This document shows, one piece after another, positions 9,097 to 18,027 of a stretch of 64,000 nucleotides of DNA. A program made the translations under genes and the position numbers. Every line of letters begins with the position of its first letter. The first letter of the stretch is position 1. The stretch is from Acholeplasma sp. (GTDB lineage: Bacteria > Bacillota_I > Bacilli_A > Acholeplasmatales > UBA5453), in contig JAVBWN010000012.1 of NCBI GenBank assembly GCA_036677365.1, positions 1 through 64,000 on the forward strand. The letters run 5' to 3'. The notes under the pieces are model-generated. The model had not been told where the DNA came from. It was given only the letters and a program-made list of their open reading frames with translations, and did no database searches.

Positions 9097-9750
9097 ATGA
9101 AAAAAATCGATATTGAACACTGGGACCGTAAGCAAACTTACGAGTTCTACAAAGATTTTAGTCATCCCATGTTTAGCATCACGGTATCACTCGATGTTAC
9201 CAAACTCTATCAAGCAGTGAAAGAAAAGCACACGTCTTTTTATCTAAGTTTTATGCATCTAGCGATGACAATCCTAAATGAGATAGATGCTTTTAAGTAC
9301 AGATTTGACGGAGATACCCCCGTTATATTCGATACAATTCACCCTTCATTCACTGACCTTATTCCCAACACAGAACGCTTTAAGATAGTCACGATAGACT
9401 ATGTATATAATAGAAATCAATTCATCCTTGAAGCCAAACGAACATCTCATGATCAAGGGGATACATTCATCGATTTGTCCAAAGAAGCAAGGATGGATTT
9501 GGTCTATATATCGACCTTTCCATGGGCTACCTTCACACAGATTACACACGCCAATAATCCAAATTCTAAAGATGCAGTACCTCGATTAACCTGGGGAAAA
9601 TATCAGGAAATCAACGGTACCAAAAGGATACCATTATCGATTGAAGCACACCACGCTTTTGTCGATGGCTATCATGTGGGAAAATTCATCCAACTTTTAC
9701 AAGAAGCACTCCATCAAGAAAAAAGGACTGAACATCCTGAAGAAAATTAA
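9097..9750 (+). CDS. cat: CatA-type chloramphenicol O-acetyltransferase-like protein
   Basis: IDIEHWDRK, ISTFPWATF, PRLTWGKY, catalytic HHAFVDGYH. GAGG RBS before ATG 9097. Confidence 0.85.
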   Translation: MKKIDIEHWDRKQTYEFYKDFSHPMFSITVSLDVTKLYQAVKEKHTSFYLSFMHLAMTILNEIDAFKYRFDGDTPVIFDTIHPSFTDLIPNTERFKIVTIDYVYNRNQFILEAKRTSHDQGDTFIDLSKEARMDLVYISTFPWATFTQITHANNPNSKDAVPRLTWGKYQEINGTKRIPLSIEAHHAFVDGYHVGKFIQLLQEALHQEKRTEHPEEN

Positions 9751-9779
9751 ATCTTCATTTCGTTACAGCCCCTTGGTTG

Positions 9780-10127
9780 TTATAACAACTTATAATCCAT
9801 ATAAAACAATATCCCAATAATGATGGCAGGAACCCCTAGTGTGAGTACAGCTAACCACTCATTAAACCCTTGACCTAGAATCATCCAAAATCCATAGAAT
9901 AGGCCCGCGGTTATAAACACAATAGAACCAACCAAAGGTTTTTTCCAAGAGATGAAGAGTACCATCATTAAAATGAATGCTGGAATGTTATGAATGAGCA
10001 AACCCAACAGTATTTCATACCAAGACGCATCGGATTGAAAAACATCCAATGAAAACATCATCAACAAAGTGATGAGTAAAATCGATAAAATACGGGGAGA
10101 CCAACGAATCAATGTATGGATAGACAT
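9780..10127 (-). CDS. Small 4-TM membrane protein
   Basis: Four hydrophobic segments; RBS GAAGGTG. Confidence 0.75.
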   Translation of the reverse strand: MSIHTLIRWSPRILSILLITLLMMFSLDVFQSDASWYEILLGLLIHNIPAFILMMVLFISWKKPLVGSIVFITAGLFYGFWMILGQGFNEWLAVLTLGVPAIIIGILFYMDYKLL

Positions 10128-10273
10128 GTGTTCACCTTCTCACCCATATTATACCCCCTTTTATTTGAAAGGGTGTTTCGTACAGTATAATAGACAAATT
10201 ACACTAAAAACTTACTTAAATATCTATCATAATAGACGATATACGAAATATTGGAAAAAGTGAGTTTTTCGCA

Positions 10274-10321
10274 TTGACTTATGGAAAAATATCATTATAT
10301 TGAAGGGTACAAGCGCTTTCA
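10274..10321 (+). promoter_or_regulatory. Sigma70-like promoter with downstream cre/LacI-like site
   Basis: TTGACT 10274-10279, TATATT 10296-10301, TACAAGCGCTTTCA 10308-10321. Confidence 0.5.
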
Positions 10322-10343
10322 TATCCAAAGGAGAATATTGTCC

Positions 10344-13300
10344 ATGAAAAAAATCATTACCCTTATTTTCTTCGCATGCATCAGTCTATTTTTGATGGCC
10401 TGTGAAGAGAAAACACCCAATTATGATTCGATCATTCAATCCAGTTTAATCGATATCCCAGAAGAGGTTACAGAGAACATATCCTTACCAACATCCCTCG
10501 AAGTTGAATCTATCGGTTTTGATGTCATTTGGTCATCAAGTCTACCGAATGTCATCAGTTCCTCAGGGGTGGTCAATAGGCCAAATCATACCACTGGTGA
10601 TATTGAAGTCACCCTTACAGCGGTGGTAACAACCACGAATTTCAGTAAAACACTGACGTTTGTGGTGACAGTTAAAGCATTACCGATACCTACATTTACA
10701 GTCACATTTGATGTAGATGGTGGTTCAGCCGTTAGTAATCAGACGGTAAACGCTGGTGCTAAAGTGACAGAACCGATTGTTCCAACCAAAGATAATCATT
10801 CATTTATGGGTTGGTTTACAGATAGCAATCTAACGATGCCATGGGTATTTACAACCGATGTCGTTACATCAAATATAACCCTATATGCAAAATGGGAAGT
10901 CATACCAGAAGTCTATACAGTCACTTTTGAAAATGAAGATGGGTCTGTTTTATCCACTTTAAATATAGAATCAGGTTTAAAAGTAAGTGCACCTACGAGC
11001 TCACCAGAAAAACTAGGGTATACATTCATTGGTTGGAAACATAACGATAGTCTATTTGATTTTGAAACAACCATCCAAGAGAATATCACGTTGAAACCAG
11101 CGTTTGAAATCACAAACTATACCATCAGTTATTGGAAACCTGTGGATTCAACCATCATTGAGATGGGTGATGATATCTATACCATTGAATCACAACCTGT
11201 CCTTAGAAGCATAGAAATGACTGGTATGATTTTTATAGGTTGGTTTACACGCCCAGAAGGTGGTACATTGGTTGAATCGATTCCTCTAGGGTCCACAGGC
11301 AATTATGAATTGTATGGTCGATTTGAACCAGACCCTAGTATCCCAACAGGTACTTTATTATATACCCCACAAGATGTCGTAGACCTCATTACCAACGGGG
11401 CAACCGGTGAAGTGCATTTGATGAACGACATCGATATGACCGGCACAACCCTCACAGGCAGTCCGAATACTTTTGGTGGGATTTTTGATGGTCATGGATA
11501 CACAATTCGTGGCGCAGTCATCAACGCATCCGGCAATAAGATGGGTTTCTTATTCAAAGAAATCTTAAAGGGTGGTGTCATTAAGAACATTCAATTTGCG
11601 GACTCTATCCACAATGGTGGAGGCACCTCTGAATCTTCAGCGTTCATTTCTGCTTTCGCCCAAGGCGGCGCAAGATTTGAAAATATATCCTTTTATAATG
11701 TATCCGTCAGACATTCAGGTTCCTATGCAGCACTCTTATTTGGTGATGTGATCAATGACTCATCTGAAACCACGATTACCATTCGAAACATTACGGTTAT
11801 CAATGATGAAAACCACTGGATTGAAGGTAGTTCTTATGTCGGTGGTTTGATTGGCGCAGCTAGAAAAGCCGTCACCATTGATGTTGAAAATGTCTATTTT
11901 GATTCTAAAGTGGTTGCACCAAACCAAGCAGCTGGTGCCATCATGGGACGTTTAAATGCAGCAGGTATTACATTAACTGTGAGACAAATTGTCGTAAAAG
12001 GTAGTATCTCTTCCGGCAAGAACGTTGGTTCGATTTTAGGTACCAACATTTCTGGGTCTACAGTGATCGCAGATAAAGTATTCATATCAAATATCACCCA
12101 AACTTCTGGTACCAACACCAATAAAATCGGTGCGGGTAACCTACCAAGTGGTTCAACAGCGACATTAACCCATTTATACTATGCAAGTGAAACCACTGTA
12201 TTTATCGTGGGTACAGCACCAATCGCTATGCCTGAAGGTACAGGTTTAACCTCCGCTGAAATCACCCAAGCTTGGTTTGATCAAAGTGGATTTAACGCTA
12301 CATTCTTCAAATATCATAACGGCTCTATTGCAAGACAATCGGAAAATGCAGGTCCAGTTGTAGAAACAGGATTTACCATTTCCACCACACAAGTGAAGAA
12401 GTATTACTTGGTAGGTGAAGAATTAGACTTATCCAACTTGGCTGTATACGCCACATTCTCCGATGGTTCAAGCACATTACTAGAAGCTACTGCTTATCAA
12501 GTCATCACAACCGCCTTTAACAACAGTGTCGCGGGAGAATATAGCATTGAAGTACTATATGGTGGTGAAACCAAGTCATTTAAAGTCGATGTGGTCTCTG
12601 TGACACACGTGCTTGCGGATGATTTGTTGATGAAACAAACCTACACCATCGGATCCACAATCAATACCGATGGTTTGGTGGTAAAAGCGATGTTGACCGA
12701 TGGTGGGTATCTTAAATTAAATCCAAGTGATTATACACTAGATGTTTCTGCAGTGAACTTCAATGCCGCTGGCCATTATCAAGCCAGTATTTCTTATAAG
12801 ACTTTTGATGTGGTACATATCGATATTTATGTTCATGAAATAGATGCTACAAATCCAACGAGTGTTTCGATTTATGTCGATCATGCACACATGGGTTTTG
12901 ATGGTGAAATCATTGAAAATAAGGTCATGTTTACATCAGTTAAATCGGCATTGCAATATTTAGTCAATCAAAACTATCCAAGCAATACGCTAAAACATAT
13001 CTACATCGCCGATGGCATTTACCGTGAAAAGATTACAGTGACCGTTCCAAATTTAGTCATGATTGGTGAAAGTCAAAATAATACCGTGATTACTTATGAT
13101 GCAGCCTCTGGTACTCAACAACCTAATGGTGCAACCTGGGGGACTCAAGGATCAGCGACTGTATCAATCAAGTCTTCAGCTACAGGCTTCATGGCGAAAA
13201 ACATCACTTTCCAAAATGACTTTAATTATAATCAATCCACCATTTCCGATAAACAAGGGGTTGCTTTGGTCAACGAAGCAGACCAAGTCATTTTCTACCA

Positions 13301-13889
13301 AGTCTCCTTTAAAGGGTATCAAGATACGTTATATGCCAAGTCTGGTCGTCAGTATTATTTAAATGTTTATATTGAAGGTGTTGTCGATTTCATTTTTGGT
13401 AATGGGGGTCCAGCCTTCTTTGAAAACTCAGAAATTCGTTCCTTAGCACGTGCTACCGGTGTGATTTCAACCAATAAAGGTTATAATGTTTCAAATACAC
13501 TCTTAATCAGCATGGGTTATGTCTTTTATAACAACACATTTACTTTTGAAAATGGTGTACCTGTAGGTTCTGTCGATTTGGGTAGACCTTGGGATAAGAG
13601 TGCAGCGATTGCCTATATTAACAACACATTTGATGTCCACATCAGCAGTAGAGGTTGGACTGAAATGTCAGGTAACCTACCTCAAGATGCGAGATTCTTC
13701 GAGTATGAAAATAAAGATATCAATCAACAAATTTTAAGCACAACCACCAACGGTAAAACATTGGGTTCAGAATGGGTTGCTTCATTCATCGATAAGTCGG
13801 TGGTGTTTGGTATGAACAATGGTTTGGTCACATTCAACAGTGAATGGTTATATCAAAACGCACTCACCTATTTACAATCTCTACAATAA
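10344..13889 (+). CDS. Multidomain lipoprotein with C-terminal pectin methylesterase (CE8)
   Basis: Lipobox LMAC; Ig-like domain; 3 InlB B-repeats (TFDVDGGS...FMGW...TLYAKW); beta-helix-like region; 2 Big_3-like repeats; CE8 motifs QGVAL, GYQDTLY, DFIFG, LGRPW. Confidence 0.85.
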   Translation: MKKIITLIFFACISLFLMACEEKTPNYDSIIQSSLIDIPEEVTENISLPTSLEVESIGFDVIWSSSLPNVISSSGVVNRPNHTTGDIEVTLTAVVTTTNFSKTLTFVVTVKALPIPTFTVTFDVDGGSAVSNQTVNAGAKVTEPIVPTKDNHSFMGWFTDSNLTMPWVFTTDVVTSNITLYAKWEVIPEVYTVTFENEDGSVLSTLNIESGLKVSAPTSSPEKLGYTFIGWKHNDSLFDFETTIQENITLKPAFEITNYTISYWKPVDSTIIEMGDDIYTIESQPVLRSIEMTGMIFIGWFTRPEGGTLVESIPLGSTGNYELYGRFEPDPSIPTGTLLYTPQDVVDLITNGATGEVHLMNDIDMTGTTLTGSPNTFGGIFDGHGYTIRGAVINASGNKMGFLFKEILKGGVIKNIQFADSIHNGGGTSESSAFISAFAQGGARFENISFYNVSVRHSGSYAALLFGDVINDSSETTITIRNITVINDENHWIEGSSYVGGLIGAARKAVTIDVENVYFDSKVVAPNQAAGAIMGRLNAAGITLTVRQIVVKGSISSGKNVGSILGTNISGSTVIADKVFISNITQTSGTNTNKIGAGNLPSGSTATLTHLYYASETTVFIVGTAPIAMPEGTGLTSAEITQAWFDQSGFNATFFKYHNGSIARQSENAGPVVETGFTISTTQVKKYYLVGEELDLSNLAVYATFSDGSSTLLEATAYQVITTAFNNSVAGEYSIEVLYGGETKSFKVDVVSVTHVLADDLLMKQTYTIGSTINTDGLVVKAMLTDGGYLKLNPSDYTLDVSAVNFNAAGHYQASISYKTFDVVHIDIYVHEIDATNPTSVSIYVDHAHMGFDGEIIENKVMFTSVKSALQYLVNQNYPSNTLKHIYIADGIYREKITVTVPNLVMIGESQNNTVITYDAASGTQQPNGATWGTQGSATVSIKSSATGFMAKNITFQNDFNYNQSTISDKQGVALVNEADQVIFYQVSFKGYQDTLYAKSGRQYYLNVYIEGVVDFIFGNGGPAFFENSEIRSLARATGVISTNKGYNVSNTLLISMGYVFYNNTFTFENGVPVGSVDLGRPWDKSAAIAYINNTFDVHISSRGWTEMSGNLPQDARFFEYENKDINQQILSTTTNGKTLGSEWVASFIDKSVVFGMNNGLVTFNSEWLYQNALTYLQSLQ

Positions 13890-13892
13890 AAC

Positions 13893-13930
13893 AAAGAAGG
13901 TACCTTCAAAATGAGGGTACCTTTATTTTT
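13893..13930. terminator. Bidirectional terminator
   Basis: AAGGTACCTTCA-aaa-TGAGGGTACCTT between convergent genes. Confidence 0.8.
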
Positions 13931-14913
13931 TACCATTTGTGATGAACGAGTGGTTTGATGTATTTAGTATAAATCGCTTCAACCTGTTTCATTTGGACAT
14001 CCGTTAGCGGTGGTAGTGTGGATGCTTTCGCATTCTCTAAAATGTGTTCCGGACGGCTCGCCCCAGGGATTACCGTGCTTACAGCATCAAACATCAAAAT
14101 CCATCTTAAAGCGATGAGGGGTAAGGATTCATTTGGGAAGACTTTTTTCAAGGCTTCCACAGCTTCTAGCCCAGTGTCGTAATCGACACCACTGAAGGTT
14201 TCGCCCATATCAAACTTTTCACCATGACGGTTATAAGTTCTATGGTCATTTGGATTGAACTGTGTGTCTTTTTTGAATTTTCCTGTCAGTAAACCAGAAG
14301 CGAGTGGCACCCTAACAATGATACCAACGTTGTGTTTCTTGGCTTCTGTAAAGAAATGTTCAGCGGGTTTCAACCTAAACATATTGAAGATGATTTCAAT
14401 CGCTTCAACCCCAGGGTATTGAAGGGCTTTTAAACCTTCTTCAACGGTTTCAACACTGACACCATAATGCTTAAATAAACCATCGGCTTTGATGCTATCA
14501 AGGCTCTCAAAGATCTCAGGCATATCGTAAACTTCACTGGGTGGACAGTGTAATAAAACCATATCTAACGCATCTACTTGAAGGTTCTTTATGGATTGTT
14601 TGACGAATCTTCTCAAATTATCCTCATGGTAACCAGCTGCGACGTGTGGGCTTTGAAAACGACCCATTTTAGTGATTACAAAAGGTTTTACATCGAGGGT
14701 TTTTAGATATCTACCAATCGCTCTTTCGGATTCACCGCCCATATAAACGTCTGCGGTATCAAAACAATTGATCCCTTGAGCAGTCGCTGATTTAAGTGTA
14801 TTTAACGCGATTTCCGGGTTGAAAGGTTCACCCCAAACCGCACCGAGTTGCCAACAACCTAAGGCGATTTCACTTACCTTAACGTTGGTTTTACCTAACA
14901 ATCTTTGTTTCAT
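13930..14913 (-). CDS. Aldo/keto reductase
   Basis: LGCWQLG, FDTADVY, LLHCPP, PLASGLLTGK, VIPGASRPEHI. Confidence 0.92.
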   Translation of the reverse strand: MKQRLLGKTNVKVSEIALGCWQLGAVWGEPFNPEIALNTLKSATAQGINCFDTADVYMGGESERAIGRYLKTLDVKPFVITKMGRFQSPHVAAGYHEDNLRRFVKQSIKNLQVDALDMVLLHCPPSEVYDMPEIFESLDSIKADGLFKHYGVSVETVEEGLKALQYPGVEAIEIIFNMFRLKPAEHFFTEAKKHNVGIIVRVPLASGLLTGKFKKDTQFNPNDHRTYNRHGEKFDMGETFSGVDYDTGLEAVEALKKVFPNESLPLIALRWILMFDAVSTVIPGASRPEHILENAKASTLPPLTDVQMKQVEAIYTKYIKPLVHHKW

Positions 14914-14982
14914 AGATATATTACTCCTTTGACTTGATTCATACCCTTATTATACAGTTATCCGTCCATAATCCAAAGCAAG

Positions 14983-15015
14983 AAAAAAAGCCAATGCATG
15001 ATTAGCATGGCTTTT
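14983..15015 (-). terminator. Terminator after the heliorhodopsin gene
   Basis: AAAAGCCA...TGGCTTTT hairpin with an A7 run on + (U tract on -). Confidence 0.7.
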
Positions 15016-15028
15016 GAGAACTAAGTGA

Positions 15029-15856
15029 TTAAGGTTGGAATGCTCCAAATAAAACTAACCAAGTTAAAATGGTCTTCGCTACTAAGGAAAGAATGATATA
15101 ACCTCTTTCACCATAAAGATAATTTTTGAACTTACCTTTTCCTAAGTATTGTAATACCATGTTGACTGGGAAGGTGTTGAAAGCAACAAAGTAAGTCACT
15201 AGAATAGCCCAAACGAATCCTGGAACAGCATCTAGATTAGGGTTAACACCAATGTAGAATGCGATGGCAACCCATGGGGCTAAACCAATGATGGAACCGA
15301 AAATGAATGGCAACCAATTGACTTTTTTACCAACTTTGGATTCACCAGCATTGAGTAATTCCATATCTAAGCCGAATAAGTTCATCGCAGCATTGGCTAA
15401 AGCAATGAGCGCAAATACAGCGACGTCTCTAACGCCAAATAAAGAAGAAATCAATACGATCATCAAAGAAGAAGATAAGGCATATTCATACCATCTGAGC
15501 TTATTGATACCGACTTTAAGGTCAGCGACATATTTGTCTTTATACGGAATAGCAATAATGAAATGGAACAATGCAGATATTAATAAGAAGCTCGCGGTTA
15601 ATGGTAAGAATGGTAATTCAAATAAGGTTTCAGTGGGTGTTAAGACCAAGCCTTGACCTTCAACAAAGTTTAAGTAATTCCCAATGACAGGAATTGTAAA
15701 TGTTTGTGTACCAGTGCCATCCAAATTTGGATAAACTAAAAATGCAAATAGCATCATCAAGACGCCTTGAACGAGGTGAACTGAGCCCATGATTTTATTG
15801 AAGCGAATTAAGCTTTCAAATGCGAGAGGGTCTCTTTTTAACGCTTTTTCAGACAT
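15029..15856 (-). CDS. heR: Heliorhodopsin
   Basis: 7 TM; HLVQG, ALFH, RWYEYALSS, MNLFG, GERGYIILSLVAK (retinal-binding Lys). Confidence 0.95.
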   Translation of the reverse strand: MSEKALKRDPLAFESLIRFNKIMGSVHLVQGVLMMLFAFLVYPNLDGTGTQTFTIPVIGNYLNFVEGQGLVLTPTETLFELPFLPLTASFLLISALFHFIIAIPYKDKYVADLKVGINKLRWYEYALSSSLMIVLISSLFGVRDVAVFALIALANAAMNLFGLDMELLNAGESKVGKKVNWLPFIFGSIIGLAPWVAIAFYIGVNPNLDAVPGFVWAILVTYFVAFNTFPVNMVLQYLGKGKFKNYLYGERGYIILSLVAKTILTWLVLFGAFQP

Positions 15857-15888
15857 GTAAATTCTCCTTTTCTACCTATTGTACCGTT

Positions 15889-15916
15889 ATCATATCACGA
15901 GATATTACGGTTTCAA
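15889..15916 (-). promoter_or_regulatory. Candidate heliorhodopsin promoter
   Basis: Minus strand TTGAAA-N16-TATGAT with TG extension. Confidence 0.5.
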
Positions 15917-16022
15917 AATAGTTTGCGCTTAAAAATGTATTAAAAAAATATAAACACATTTTTTCAAAAAAATACCAATGTTTTATCTAATTAGAGCGTT
16001 AATCATAATGATTTCTAATGCC

Positions 16023-16051
16023 TTGACAGGGTTATGAATCTCCTCTAAAAT
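16023..16051 (+). promoter_or_regulatory. Sigma70 promoter of the deoxynucleoside kinase gene
   Basis: TTGACA-N17-TAAAAT. Confidence 0.75.
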
Positions 16052-16138
16052 AGGAATAAGTGCTTTTAGAAGCATTCAAAAAAATAATGCTCAATCTAAT
16101 AACCAGATTGGAGCATTTTCTATTACAAAGGAGACAAA

Positions 16139-16771
16139 ATGGTGATAGTCATTGGTGGCATGATCGGTCTAGGCAAGACCACAGTTGCGGAAATTTTAGC
16201 AGAACAACTCGGTAGTCAGGTGTTTTATGAATCGGTGGATGATAATCCCATTCTACCGTTATTTTATACATCTTCAAAAGAAGAAATCGAAGCGAAAAGA
16301 TACCCATTTCTTTTACAGCTGTATTTCTTGAACTCTAGATTCAAAACCATCAAGGATGCGTTACAACACGAAAATAACATCATTGATCGCTCCATTTATG
16401 AAGATTGGTACTTCGCGAAAAGAAATCGTGATTTGGGTAGAATTTCATCTTTAGAGTTTGAAATGTATGAAAAACTCCTTAAAAACATGATGGAAGAACT
16501 CACGGGGTTACCAAAGAAGGCTCCAGATTTGATGGTCTATCTCAAAGGTTCATTTGAAACCGTACTTAAACGCATTCAACTCCGTGGTAGAAGTTATGAA
16601 TTAGACCAATCACTAGTGGATTATTACAAATTCTTATGGGAAAACTATGATGATTGGGTCTTAAATCATTATAAAGCCTCTAAAGTGGTCATGATTGATA
16701 TGGACAAATATGATGTCAGAAATGCAAACGATCGACAAGAAGTCATATCACTCATCACACAACAATTATAA
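16139..16771 (+). CDS. Deoxynucleoside kinase (dAK/dGK family)
   Basis: GMIGLGKTT, LQLYFLNSR, DRSIYED, RIQLRGRSYE. Confidence 0.92.
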   Translation: MVIVIGGMIGLGKTTVAEILAEQLGSQVFYESVDDNPILPLFYTSSKEEIEAKRYPFLLQLYFLNSRFKTIKDALQHENNIIDRSIYEDWYFAKRNRDLGRISSLEFEMYEKLLKNMMEELTGLPKKAPDLMVYLKGSFETVLKRIQLRGRSYELDQSLVDYYKFLWENYDDWVLNHYKASKVVMIDMDKYDVRNANDRQEVISLITQQL

Positions 16772-16992
16772 TAATAGATAAAACCGATAGATTACTGATT
16801 AAAGTAGACATGTCAACTAAATTCAGATAATAAAATGACAATTAGCACAATTTGTCACATTAACGTTCTTATAGTTTTTTATAGTTTCAGTAAATTCATA
16901 GATTAATTTTAACATTTTGAAATAATTAAATATTAAATAATATAATATTGACTTATATATATAAAAGTGCTATTATTCAGCTATACTGATGG

Positions 16993-17190
16993 ATGGAGAT
17001 GAATAAAAATATGAAAAAAAATACAAATATCTTTATGATTATAATAGGATTAATAATAATGGTCACAATGTCATTAATGGTTATTATTGATAGTAATGCC
17101 ACCAATCTTGAAGCTAGTGTAGCACCATCAATTCTTGGATCATCGCTATTCTTAGCAGGTTATATCAAGTATGATAAAAATTCTAAATAG
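16993..17190 (+). CDS. Small 2-TM hypothetical protein in AT-rich patch
   Basis: Two hydrophobic segments; TTGACT...TATTAT promoter-like sequence and GGAG nearby; start uncertain. Confidence 0.45.
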   Translation: MEMNKNMKKNTNIFMIIIGLIIMVTMSLMVIIDSNATNLEASVAPSILGSSLFLAGYIKYDKNSK

Positions 17191-17375
17191 AACCAATTTG
17201 TCATCTTTATAAATACATATCAATTAAAAGAAATGATGCTCGTCCATAAATAAAAACACCTCAATAACTTCAATTATAGAGATGTCTTTATGTATAACTT
17301 CACAAAGATGTATGGACTACATCTTTTTTTTGTCTCCTCAATGGAATTTAGTCTAGCGGACTATCGGTTTTGTTA

Positions 17376-17888
17376 TTAGATATATTTGATTTTAAACGCG
17401 ATTTCATTTCGTCTTAAGAACCCAGGTATAAACGGTGGTTGATAACGGAATAGGATACGACCTGAAATGATTTCATAATGGTTTTGATCGATATATTCAC
17501 GTAATTTCAATTCTGCTTTTTTGAAATTCTTTTCGTTCCAGCCCCCATTGAACCGTATCACAGCGTAAATGGCGGTTTCATTTTCTTGAATGAAGACATG
17601 TTCACTGGTTGGTTTAGGTACAGTGGATTTATCATATTTTGAAGGGACATAAAACCCAGTTATTAATTGTTCATCTTCTTCATAGGATACCACCGGGGTG
17701 GTCATCGAGATTTTTTCTTCTTTGTGATTTTCTCCAGAGATATAATTGAATACGTTCATAAAACCCGAATCAAACTGCTTGTTAGACATGGTTTTGGTGG
17801 AGGCGAGAAGAAAGACATCGTATTGTCTAATTTCGATGTTTTTTTCTTTTTTGATCCGTGTGTAACGTATGGTTTCAAAGAAGCCCAT
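17376..17888 (-). CDS. SOUL heme-binding protein
   Basis: EIRQY, YISGEN, ISMTTPV, YQPPFIPGFLRRNEI. Confidence 0.9.
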   Translation of the reverse strand: MGFFETIRYTRIKKEKNIEIRQYDVFLLASTKTMSNKQFDSGFMNVFNYISGENHKEEKISMTTPVVSYEEDEQLITGFYVPSKYDKSTVPKPTSEHVFIQENETAIYAVIRFNGGWNEKNFKKAELKLREYIDQNHYEIISGRILFRYQPPFIPGFLRRNEIAFKIKYI

Positions 17889-18027
17889 GGTATCATCCCC
17901 TAACTATAGTATAGCCCCATTTCTAAATAAAGGTATCAAAATGACTTATTTTTGTGTGTTTTGAGGGTATCTATTGCAAAAAAATGTTCAATGGTATAGA
18001 ATTGATACCAATAAACGAGGTAAGTCT

